This document shows, piece by piece, positions 12,204 through 23,938 of a stretch of DNA of 64,000 nucleotides. The notes under the pieces are model-generated. The model had not been told where the DNA came from and ran no database searches. It saw only the letters and a program-made list of their open reading frames with translations. This stretch comes from Octopus vulgaris (Eukaryota): assembly GCA_951406725.2 (NCBI GenBank), contig OX597838.1, positions 42,656,001 through 42,720,000 of the forward strand. Reading direction: 5' to 3'. The position numbers and the translations under genes are program-made. Position 1 is the first letter of the stretch; each line of letters opens with the position of its first letter.

Positions 12204-12964
12204 ATGTGTGAATAACGAAAGTTAAGTTTCTCCAAATTAGTCACTCATTACAAGGCATCCATTTCTCTGTGTTATGAGGAGAAACAGTCACTCTCTCTTT
12301 CTCACACATGTACATACAAAAAAGACATAGGCATATGTATGTATGTACGTGTATATGAAAGATAATGTGTGTGTGAGACCGATTGTGTGCCACTTACACA
12401 TACATGCAAAAAAATACATACATGACAACACACCTTCACTCACTCTCTCTTTCACACACACACATACGTCCATTTCATATACACATACATACATCTTTCA
12501 CTTTCTGCTCTCACTTCAAAGCAAATGTTGCCTTTTCACTTTTTCCTCTCTTTCAATTTCTGCTCTCTTCAAAGCATGAAGAAATAAAAACAATTTTATG
12601 GAAATTAACGAACAATCATATGATCAAGTTGACAACTTTGCTGCTTCAAACGATAGAAAGCCATAAAATAAGTTCCATTGGTACACACACATATTCTAGA
12701 AAAAACTTCTATACAAATTATGTTATTTCTTGCTGGGTGCCTGTGCAAAATTAAAACTCAAATCCAATTGAAATCACCTTTTTCTATTCTGTAATTTGTA
12801 ATTGTGATGAGCGTATTTAAAAACTAGATCTTCAATATAAACTTAAAAAGAAGTTTTCCCAGAAATCCTGTCCTTTACCTGGTGTTCCTAGCATGTCCGA
12901 GGTGACATTTGCACCACCTCCCCCTTATTTTTTCCTCAATTTCTTCCAATTCCTATGTTTTTGA

Positions 12965-13575
12965 TACAGGAGATAAGGATTTCACCCAAAAAACACGTTC
13001 TCAATATTCTAATTCTCTCCTTGCCAACCCCAATTTCTTCATTTTTTTACTTTTTTTCCAAATTTTTTTCTTGGTAATCCATGAAGAACAAAACAGAGTA
13101 TGAATCTTCATGAATTTTCTTCTTCCATTTTTCTTAAAGAAGCACTAAATTTTCTTTCTCAACCTCACCACTTTCAAAAAGCTACAAACTCACAATGTTT
13201 CACTTTTAACTTTTTAGAAAGCAGGGAAGTTTCTTCAAAAATAATTTCATCTACCTGTTGTATTCTGGTGTTTTTAACATCTGCTATTTCAGTATGATTC
13301 TACACATTGTGAAACAGTGGGAGGTTTTAGCTTTTTTGAAAGCAGGTAAGTGGTGGGTGGGCAAGGTGGGAGAAGAGGCATTTAGTGTTTCTTTAAGAAA
13401 AATTAAACTTCAAAAAAAATATATTTCCCAGATTTGTAATCTCTGTATTTTCTACGTGGTTAAAAAACATTTTTTTAAAGTTACAAATTAAGAAATTGCG
13501 GTGGGGATGGGGGATGGGGGAATTAAAATTTTGAAAACCTGATTCCTGGACAGAATTGTAATAACCCCGTTTTAT
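12965..13575. mobile_element. Old foldback element/MITE with ~240-270 bp imperfect inverted arms
   Basis: TTTTCTTAAAGAAGCACTAAAT...TTTCAAAAAGCTA...TGTTTCAC (13130-13203) is the reverse complement of 13309-13400. Similarity extends outward on both sides. Confidence 0.65.
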
Positions 13576-13825
13576 ACAATGAAACAATACATAGTTTGTG
13601 ATCCTTCTTAAGAAGAAAAAGCACTTTCATGCAAACCCATGTAGATTGTACCCTCCTCCTCTTCACTTTTAAACAAACAATAACTTCCCTTATGTCAGTA
13701 ATCCAGTTCACAACATATCAGCTGTGCCGATTCCACTCATAAGAAAGGAACAAATAATACAATGTGGCTGTAGGTTATAACATTTGGGCAACGCCGGGAT
13801 GCATTGCTTGTGTAAAATCAAATTG

Positions 13826-13863
<38 letters not shown>

Positions 13864-14791
13864 AATATTTTTCCATATTTCAAGTTTCATTTTGTAGATA
13901 TACACACACACACACATATATATATCCTTTAAATTCATTTACGAGAAGCATTTTTTGAGTATGCATATAAAAGCTCTCATTTTATTGTGCTGGCCACAGC
14001 CTAATGATACCAGCTTGCAATAACAGTTTTATGGGGTTGTACCAAGCTGTAGTGATATAATGTAGGATAAATATAGTAATAATAATAATAATAATAATGA
14101 TAATCCATGGATGGAATTTATAAATAATTTAATGCATTGCTACACACGTTTCCACAAATCACATGTTTCTTATGATCATAGTCCATATTCCAGGGATGAT
14201 TACAGTAGAGCCCATAGTATCCATGGACATCAGGTGAATCACAGTTCATGCATTCATTTCTTCAGGTGATACGGCATTAATGTTGGAAGCAACGAATGTA
14301 TAACTGAAGGATGTTTGTCAATTGTCACCAATGAAAAGGTTGATTGGGGTCTGTGGGCAGTTCTGAGTGTATTTGGTGAGGAAGAATAGGGAGTGATGGA
14401 AAGAGAGAAAAGAATGGTAATTGATAAAGGAGAGGGAGGAGTATGTGGGGATGTTGTTATTATTGAAGAGGGATCTATTAAATATTTTAATTACATTTCT
14501 AATTAACATGATCAGCACTTAGGTGTTAACTACCCAAAATAATTAATTGTTTCAAGTCTGGACACAAGGCCAATAATTTTAGAGGGAAGGGCTTTAGGGG
14601 ATTCTATCAACTGGGGTACTTGTCTGATACTTCATGTTATTAATCTTGAAAAGAGGAAAGGCAAAGTTGACCTTGACAAGATTTGGACGTATCAGGTTCC
14701 TCGGCTAAATTTGATATAAAAGGAAAAGAAAATGCAGCATCCAACCCAAAGCTAAAAGTATCTTAAAAAGTCAAAAAAATATCTCTCAGAC

Positions 14792-15058
14792 CAGTACTAC
14801 TCAAAGTGGTGGTCCACGGACCAGTGCCGGTCTGCAGCGGGTTTCCAGAAAAGAAAGAAACATTATAAAATGCTTACGTAATATTATATTATTTGTTTAC
14901 AAAATAAATATAAGATAAATAAAAAATAACTTTTATTATATTCATTATATATATTGTTTCTGGTATAAATTAATATTACAACGAAATATTACCGGTCCCT
15001 GGCACATTAGGGAAAAAAAACTGCTGGTACACCACATCAGATAGTTTGAGAAGCACTG
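14792..15058. mobile_element. hAT (Charlie-like) non-autonomous element
   Basis: TIRs CAGTACTACTCAAA / TTTGAGAAGCACTG. Flanks tctcagac and gtctaggt loosely fit the NTCTAGAN target. Confidence 0.7.
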
Positions 15059-15088
15059 GTCTAGGTTATGGCTGAGAGAGAGAACAGT

Positions 15089-15760
15089 TTACTCAAAGTA
15101 GCTGTCCCTACCTTCCACCTCAACCTCAAAACGGCTCCAGAACCAGGCACATGCGTTCATCACTGTGTCCCTGAGAAGATCTTCAAACATCTCTTTGATC
15201 TTGGCCACCAGTTCAGTCTTGTAGTTGCGATCAGAGCAGTTGGTGCCTTTCTCAACTGTGCCCCATGCATAGTAATCCATGGGATTTGAATCAGGGGAAT
15301 TAGGAGGCCAGAAATTGGGGCTGGCAAAGCTGTAGAAGTTCCCCCAACAACTACTTCTTATTCTTTCCAAAGGTATGGCAAGGAGCCAAATCCTGCTGCC
15401 ACACATATGACCTTTCAGCAGCTTCACAAGGCCATCCGAGTTGAACCTAAGGTCCTGTTCAAAGAATTAGGCAACATAACAACACCCTCACCAGAATTAC
15501 ACCCAACGACCATCACCTTTTTGCTGGTCATGGCTTCCTAGTCTCCACTGCAGCTGTCCATGTCTTGTCTTTCAGCCTTTACAGTGTTCATGGAGCATTG
15601 AGCAGCAGTGATGATGTTGGCATTTGGATATCTGGTGTGAATCATCATGGTACAGACAACTCTTCCCCAATGTTCTGACAGCTTCCAGTCCTCCATGTTC
15701 AGCTGACTTTTTCTCAATGACAACTTTAATATCTTTATGCTCTCCAATACTGTTGACTGT
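15089..15760 (-). mobile_element. Internally deleted Tc1/mariner-superfamily transposase remnant
   Basis: FWPPNSPDSNPMDYYAWG catalytic-end motif and C-terminal helix, joined to a probable N-terminal segment MEDWKLSEHW...AAQCSMNTVK. Confidence 0.8.
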
Positions 15761-17539
15761 GCACCAATACTTGAAGCTGTTCCTGAAAAAAAAGGATATA
15801 AAAATCAACCAATTTAGCCCCAAAATCCTGGAGAGAGCAGGAAAAAATGTCCAGTGCCCTTGGCCACCTTAAAAGACAATCAAATGTTATTGTTATTAGC
15901 AGAAAGACAGATTAACAACAAATATGTAAGACATCTCACTCCCTGCCTCACATGCTCTCATTACCTTACTCTCTTAATCCATGTATCTACTCTACAGTAA
16001 GACACCTACCCCTGTTTCTCTATGTCTAATCTTTCATCAGCTAACACAAAGCCTTCGTCCCGTCACTGCTACCCACTGTTGGTGCTGGTGTCACATAAAA
16101 TGCACCCAGCGGACACTCTGTCAAGTGGTTGGCATGTTAGGAAGGGCATCCAGCCATAGAAACCAAGTTGAAACAGGCACTAGAGCCTGGTGTCCCACCC
16201 CCACCAAACCGTCCAATCCATGGAAAACAGACATTGAATAATGATGTTGACAACAATTAATTTTCAGCCAAGATTACAACCTTCTTCATATGTTTTTTGT
16301 TCTGGTTGTGGTGAAGATTTGAATGCTTATTGGACCAGTTCCATGAGGAGTCACACCTGTGTGAAACGGGGGTGCTAAGAGTGTTTATTACATGAAACTG
16401 CCATTCCTAACATATTTCGCCAAGGGAAAACTACAGGTACAACATCACCTTTTCAGAACCTTTGACTCGAAAGCCATCTGGATGACTGATTTTTCCAAAC
16501 CAGGATTAGTCACCTCTAAATTAAACAAATATCAAATTTAATTAAATAATTAAATGAAATCCTAGAATAAATGATACAAGTTTATTAATACTGAACTCTG
16601 GAAGATATCGTGAAACAGGGCTGCCCCAGTAAACTAATTGGGCAGCGACGGGAATTTGGATTTCTTGTTCATTAATTATTAGTGTGAATGACCAGTGTCC
16701 TGAAGGTTGCTGTTACATCTGTACAATAAAATTCATTAATTGCATGAATGATTGGATGTGTGACACAGCATACATGGAGGTAATTAACTTTTTAAGTGTT
16801 AATTAATATTAAACTGAATCTCTGTGGAATTGTACGAAAAAGAAGAAATATATTGATAGACATCAACCTCAGACTCTTATTTCATTGACTCCATGACTCG
16901 TTTGACTAATTATGATGAATTTTAACTAATTATTGGAAGACATTAAAATCTGTGTGTGATTTATAATAAATACTGAGGGATTGGAAACAACGATTGGAAA
17001 CCAAATTCTTGCTTTTATTGTCAAAAAAATTTCACAAAACTTACTTTTCACTCATAAAAATTGCTTTTATTGATAATTTTATTTATTTATTCTCCAAAAG
17101 AAAAACGTTTTCACTTCTTTTTTTGATCAGAACACTTATTTCTGACACAATATATACTTTCTTTTTCAAAGGGCCAAAGAGCCAGGAAATGAAGAAACAT
17201 CAATATTTTGTAAGAATCATAAGCAATGAGACAAGATTGTAGTTGTTGACCATTTTATCCAGGACAAATGGCTGCAGCCAATTCTTCTGGACACTCCAAA
17301 ATTATTGCAACATTTCATCTCCTGATGAAATGCAATGAACTGACAGAATCGTTGGCACACTGGACAAAATGCTTGTCTTCGTGTTTTGAGTCCAAATTCT
17401 GCTGAGGTCGACTTTACCTTTCATCCCATTCAGGGTCGATAAAACAAGTACCAGCCCTCCTCCGAAAGTGCTGGCCTTGTGCCATAATTTGAAATTGACA
17501 TTTAGTTACCCCCTGACTCAAAACCTTCATAAGATAGGA

Positions 17540-17845
17540 TGATGCATTCTCATATTGTCTGTGAATCCATGACAAAGATGACAAACCTTCAGATTTGATT
17601 TGGCCCCTTATTGATTCTGCTCCTTCTAAGAGCCCTGTCAATATTGCAATGGTTTCGCCACTTCCTTCATGAAGTTCCCTCAGGTTTGTCAATGGACAGT
17701 TCTCTTCCATGTCCTTCAACTAAGTCATCCAAATCCTCTTCATTTAGCCCCTGGCCCAAGTAATTCCAACTACAAATCTTCTGTTCTACATATTTCAATG
17801 TTTGCTCAGAATTCAAAGAACGCTCTTGTTGTGGATTCCCTTATT
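17540..17845 (-). mobile_element. Decayed pogo/Tigger transposase C-terminal remnant
   Basis: LGQGLNEEDLDDLVEGHGRELSID followed by frameshifted LRELH resembles the Tigger acidic C-terminal motif. Confidence 0.5.
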
Positions 17846-18078
17846 AAATGCACAGCATCTGCCAGGCTGAACAGACTTCTGTTACCATATTTCTTTTAAA
17901 ATACTTTGCCTTTAATCTTTCATCTTCCATTTGTTTTAGTCACTGGACTGTGGCCATGCTGGGGCGCCACCTTCAGGAGTTTTAATCAAATGAATTGACC
18001 CCAGTACTTATTCTGTCCCTTTTGCTGACGTGAACAAATGAACCGTTTGTCAAGCAGTGGTAGGGGATAAACACAAAG

Positions 18079-18111
<33 letters not shown>

Positions 18112-18112
<1 letters not shown>

Positions 18113-19365
18113 ATTGGATCATTCCGTAAACAATGTGGTTTTTTATACTTCTCTTATTTTTCAAAATTAAGACAAAGTTCTTTTTTAATCTAAAATATAC
18201 TCTCCTTCATTTTCTACAATGCTCTTCCATCTATCTGGTAGACTTGCAAGGCTCCTCTTCCAAAATTCATTTGTCCGTGATGAAAAATTCTCTTCCAGAA
18301 CTGTTCTGACCTCATCTACAGAAGTCATATTTTTTCCATCCAAAAAGATTGTGGAATAAATGATAACCAGATGGGGCAATGTCCGGCAAATATGGTGGGT
18401 GGAGCATTGTTTCCCAATCAAACTGCTCCAGTGTTTGGAATGTCATCCTCACGGTATGTGGCCGAGCATTATCCTGATGGAAGAACACCTTTCATCTTGA
18501 AACCAAAGATGGTCATTTTTCTTCTAGCACTGACTTAAGCTGCTCACAGTAGATCTCCTTTGTTATTGTGTGGTTTGGGTTTAAAATTTCATGGTGGACT
18601 AAACCTTCCATATCCCACCAAACAGATATAATGCCTTATGTGGGTGAAGACTTTCTTTAGCCTGGGGTGGCAGTATTTCTCCTTTCCCTACCCACTGTCT
18701 TCGGCACTTGACATTTTATAGAGAACCCATTTCTCATCACCAATAACTATTCTGCCCAAAAAAGGTTCATTCATGAGACATGACAGCAAAGAAGGGCCCA
18801 TATTCCCTCTCTGCAAGCAATTAGACCCGGAAAGTTTGTGAGGAACCCACTGAGCCAATTTGCTGATTTTTCCAATGGCACACAGTCGTCGATGAATGGT
18901 TGAATGACCAAATCCAAGCTTTTGTGCTAGTTTCTCAACAGTTACAAGGGGATTGTTCCACCAGGGTTTGCAGGACGTCCTCGTTGAGCTCGACAGATCT
19001 TCCAGGACAAGACTTGTCTTCTAGGCTGCAGTTTTCAGCTCAGAATTTCTGGAACCACCATTGACACCGGCCTACACTTATTGACCAATCCCCATATACT
19101 GTATTAATATTCCTTGCATTTTCCATTGTGTTGTGCCTTTATTGAACTCATAAGGCAAAATATGCCAAATATGCTCCTTTGTCATCTCCATTATAGCTTT
19201 GAAAAAATAACTGTTAAAATCGAACTGCACTCTTCAAAACTTGCACTAAGAATAAGGACAAGGTAAAATTATTACCTGCTTTTATGGCAAGTTGATGCAG
19301 GCAATTTATCCTGTCCCCCTCTGACAATTGAAAAAACCCCACATTATTTATGGGATGACCCAATA
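18112..19365 (-). mobile_element. Full-length (~1.25 kb) decayed mariner element
   Basis: TIRs TA-TTGGATCATTCCGTAAACAATGTGG and CCACATTATTTATGGGATGACCCAA-TA with TA TSD. Frameshifted transposase with HPPYLPDIAPSGY and LPDRWKSIVENEGEYILD. Confidence 0.92.
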
Positions 19366-22300
19366 TATAAAATATAGAAACAACAAGCTTCTACACAGTT
19401 AAGCAGATCCACTCACAAGGCTTTGGTTGGCTTGGGATATATTAGTAGACTCTTGCCAAAGGTGCTATGCAGTGGGAATGAACCCAGAACCATGTGGTTG
19501 GGAAGCAAGCTTCTTAACCTCAGAACCTTGTGTCTTTGAATATTTTTATTGATATTTGGGGTTAACTTCTCTTTTTCATTTTTTTTAATATTGTCAAGAA
19601 CATCAAACAATTACTAAACAAACATTTCAAATAATTCTTGAATAAGAGACAGTAATTAATTATTACCATTTGTTCTTTTATGACACATTAAAAACTAAGT
19701 TTCTCATTCGGGATGCTAATGTTTCTTATTTTTTATCTAGCATACAAGTTCCAGCATACAAGTCACCATATTATAGGGTGTAAACATTCAAATATCATTT
19801 CTATCTTTCCAAATCGTTTTGGTCTGTAAACCAATCTACCTTTTCTTGGCTGTGAATTTGGGTCTGAATAGTTGGAGTCATCTGCCAGAAAATGCAGAAC
19901 AAGAAATGGTATTTCCTTTGCATGAAATCTTGTCATTGCTTTGTTTTATGCCAGTGTTTTGCACAAATTAGATAAATATATCATAGAAGTCTTGTTTTAT
20001 GGCCAGACAACCTTTCTGATGCCAACATCGTACTTGTTTTCGAAGTAAGGGATTTCTTATTTCACATCTTTGAAGGTTAGAGGATGATCTGCTGACTGAA
20101 GTGACAACACCACCACCAACAACAACAACAACAACATTACTTGTAACAACTTTTTGTAGAGTGTTGAGGTAAATAAACACACAGACACATGCACATACAC
20201 AGGTAGATTGTGAGAAAGAAACAGATTGATAGAGATAAACAGACAGACAGATAGATGCACAGGTAGATAGACAGATAGATAGATATACAGGTAGATGTGT
20301 CAGATTTCTTTAAGCTTTCATCTACAAAATCCACTCACAAGATTTTCATCAACTTGGGGTTATAATCGAAGACACATACCAAAAGTACTGCAGAGTGGAA
20401 CTGAACCTGTCCACTGAGCAGAACCTTCAGCAATTGCCAAACCAAGAATGTATTCCATCACAAATCCATAATAATTTGGGTTTAAAAACTAAATGTAAAA
20501 GAAATAGGAATGAATTTTTGTTTTAAATAACATTTATGCATACGTAATTTTGATATAAATAATTTTATTAACAATAAGAATTTATAAATAATTGGGGGAG
20601 GATTTTCTCATTATTAAACAGAGGAGGCATGGACTTTGCAAGCCATAATGAAGGCAATCCATATTAGGAAAGCAGAGAATTTGAATAAGAACTGATGAGG
20701 AGATTCTTTAGGCCCAACTGTTAACCTTTCTTGCGTTTGTGGCATGATTGAATATATTGGGTGCATGCAATGAGAGGTTTAGGGGTCGAATGGCATCCAG
20801 CCATTAAAAATAAAATATATTACAACCAGAAAGATTGGTAGTTTTTCACTGTTGCTGTTTGGATTTGGTGATGAAGGACAACAACCACAACAGCAGCAGC
20901 AACAACAAGTGATGAAATATTGAATGGTTAGCACAGGAGGGTGGGAGCACAAATGCAATGATGAGGATTTGTGTGTGTGTGTGTGTGTGTATTTTATCTT
21001 TTACTTGTTTCATTCATGGGACTGTGGCCAGGCTGGGGTACTGCCTTGAAGGATTTATTTTGGCAGAAAAAAGGACAGTCATACTTAAATAGAATGTGAA
21101 AGACTCACTATTATTATTATTATTATTATTTATAAAGGCATTATTATTATGATCTTTATTAAAAAAGGCAGCAAACTGGAAGAGTCATTATTGCACCAGA
21201 CAAAATGCTTTGTGGCATTACTTTTGACTCTTTACATTCTGAGTTCAAATCCTGCTGGGTCAATTTTATTGTTCATCTATTTTTTTTTTATTTGGGGTCG
21301 ATAAAATAAACTACTGGGGGTCAATCAACTTGCCCTCTCTCCTCAGAATTGCTGGCCTTGTGCCAAAATTTAAAAGAAAATTATTTACAAAGGCAGTAGA
21401 GTGGTAGAAACACTGAGAGCTAATTTGATTTCTATAGATTCTGAGTTCAAATCCCACCAGCATAAACAGTTTTTGCTTTCCCCCTTCTCCTCCTGACAAT
21501 AAAACAAAAACAATTCAAAGAAATTTCACTGCAAAAATTGGTCAAACAACAAAAATAATTTTTAAAAAAACCAGAGTGTAAAAGTGTAATTTTTTAAAAA
21601 ATATATGTTAAAAATAAGTTTTTTTTATGAAATATAACAATACAAACAAATTTTATAGAGGTCACTTTGGTCTGTTGTTTTTACATAAAGCAGACCAGAA
21701 AACAACAGAGGAACAGGTATTCTGTTATTTAAGGTAATTAACCAAAAATTTTAGAAGGTCGTTAAGCAGTTGTGAGGGAGAGATTCATCACAAAGGAAAA
21801 TTATTGAAATAAAGCAGCAGTTTTGAATTCGAAGATAAAAAAAAAAATGCTTCTCCAAATTAAAAGAATCTTTCATATTGACAGAGTTAATGAAATTAAG
21901 AACCAGTTATAGGTGTATTTTAGACAGAACCTGTAACAGGCATTATTGTAATTTGGAAAGGTAGGGGGTTTATAAGTAAGGAAGAATTTAGCTGCTACAT
22001 TTAGCAGGTTGAGCAACTTTATGGATGCTCTGTTATTAATGTTGTTGACCTTAGAGATCAGATGTGAGCAACCTTTATCAAGAAGCCACAATGAGACAGG
22101 TGCCTTCATCAGGCAAGACATAAAACAAACTCAAGTGCATTGGTCAGTGAAGACGTGCAGTTTGTCCATGACTGTGAGAGATGAAAGTCAGATACAGAGG
22201 AGTTACAGGGAGCTCTTGAGCCTCTATGTTACCAAACTGACCTCTATAAGATATTTGGAATATTGTGGAGAATAATGAAATGGTAGAAACAGGAGAGCAT

Positions 22301-22520
22301 CCAACAAAATGCCTTGTGTAGGAATTTAATTGAATTCCTTTTTACTTTTTCTGAGTTCAAATTCTGCTGGAGCTGATTTTACCTCTCAGCTACCTTGGGG
22401 TTAGATCAATAAAATAAATATCAGAAATATAATTGAACAATTTAGTCAAAATGTTATCAATATAAATTAAAACAAGGCTGACACCTCTCTTGTCACACAC
22501 CTCACCCTTAACACTGACAT

Positions 22521-22970
22521 TTAATAGGATGAGAGACCAAATAAAATAAAGCCTATTGTTATACAGATCTGGTCGCAAATTAAACGAATTTGGTTCCAAA
22601 AATGAACTTTCTTGTATTCAGTCCAGTAAGAGAGTCGAGAGTCAATAAACAGTGATATCAGCGCCATTAATATCGCCAAAGTAAAGAATGTCTTGCACTG
22701 GACTTGTTTCACACCAGAGAACAGCGACACAGAGCAAAGACCAAGCAAGATGTTCATAACAACATGAGACACATCAGACACAGGGAAATGGTAGATAAAA
22801 GCTTGGTAGAGCTCAGTATTATTATTGAGGGCAACTATAAGAGTTAAGCAGTAGATTCCAAGAACACTGTAAGATATTTGCTGCAGTTGTTTGCCTGAGT
22901 TTTTGTCAAATAAATATGCCAGTCCAATATAAACTCCTGCACAAGCAAAATGGCGGGCACAAATCAATGT
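22521..22970 (-). CDS. TMEM101: Transmembrane protein 101, coding exon 3 with stop
   Basis: Acceptor T-run TAG|ACA. IDSRLSYWTEYKKVHFWNQIRLI matches the TMEM101 motif IDGNVAYWHNTRRVEFWNQMKLL. Confidence 0.9.
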   Translation of the reverse strand, partial: TLICARHFACAGVYIGLAYLFDKNSGKQLQQISYSVLGIYCLTLIVALNNNTELYQAFIYHFPVSDVSHVVMNILLGLCSVSLFSGVKQVQCKTFFTLAILMALISLFIDSRLSYWTEYKKVHFWNQIRLICDQICITIGFILFGLSSY

Positions 22971-23760
22971 CTAAAAAAAAAAAAGAAAACAAAATATAAT
23001 CATCATCATCATCGTTTAACATTCATTTTCCATGCTAGCATGGATTGGACGGGCATAATAAATTAGTCAAATTAATTAAAACCCATGCAATAAAATAGTG
23101 TCTTTACTGAGTCTAAAGGAGAAAAACAACAGCTAGATGTGTCTGGGCATGACAGGCTTTTTTTGGTTTCTGTCTTCCAAATCCACTGACAAAGCTCAAG
23201 ATTGGCCCAAGGTGCCACACAAGGGGACTGAAACTGAAACCATGCGATTGGGAAAGAAGCATCTTACCACACAGCCAGAGCTGCATCTCTATTTACAACA
23301 TTTCCCCCACAAAATAAATGTCAACAACAGAATGACTGGGGGAAAACATTTACAAGAATATTGTCAGAGAATCATCGCTATCACAGCCAAGAGCATGGCA
23401 CTAGACAAAGCGCTAGAGTTTATATCTTATTAGTCTCTGGCCACAGCCAAGATAGTTCTCATTGGAAGTATGGGGTGTAACTATGTAAAGAGGAATACAG
23501 TGGCTACTTTGATTGTATAAAGTAGATACTGTTGCTGCCGACATATAAATCTCATCACTGGAAGCAAACCATAAAAGACAAGACTTTCCACTTATTTAAT
23601 CCCAAAACTTGGAACCAAATAAGGTTTACTGCAGCATGAGGGTAATATCACAGGACAAAAACTAGATTTCACACTTATAATATAAAATTGAAGGTGTATT
23701 TACAAATGATTGTTTTCTTGTTTTTCTTTTCTATCAATTCCAAAATAGAAAAAAACTTAC

Positions 23761-23938
23761 CCGCAACCAATCACGGTCCATATTGCTGTTAGAATAAGAA
23801 TTATAGGCAAAATACATTAACTGTCCAGCATATATAAGAGGGATTGACTTTCCTCCTGAAAACCCAGACATCAAAGCTCCGCACACGAGAAACAAACCCA
23901 GGTGGATGTATATGACTTTCGGATTAATTGGCGGGTAG
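23761..23938 (-). CDS. TMEM101: Transmembrane protein 101, coding exon 2
   Basis: Acceptor CCTTGCAG|C, YPPINPKVIYIHLGLFLVCGALMSG...DRDWLR, donor CGG|GTAAGT. Phase 2 in, phase 0 out. Confidence 0.88.

Noticed and set aside
14246-19881. Phase-consistent minus-strand exon chain (19840-19881, 16449-16515, 15708-15782, 14246-14303)
   Set aside because: One segment overlaps the leader of the Tc1-like remnant, there is no start exon or promoter and no recognisable homology. Likely a chance fit.
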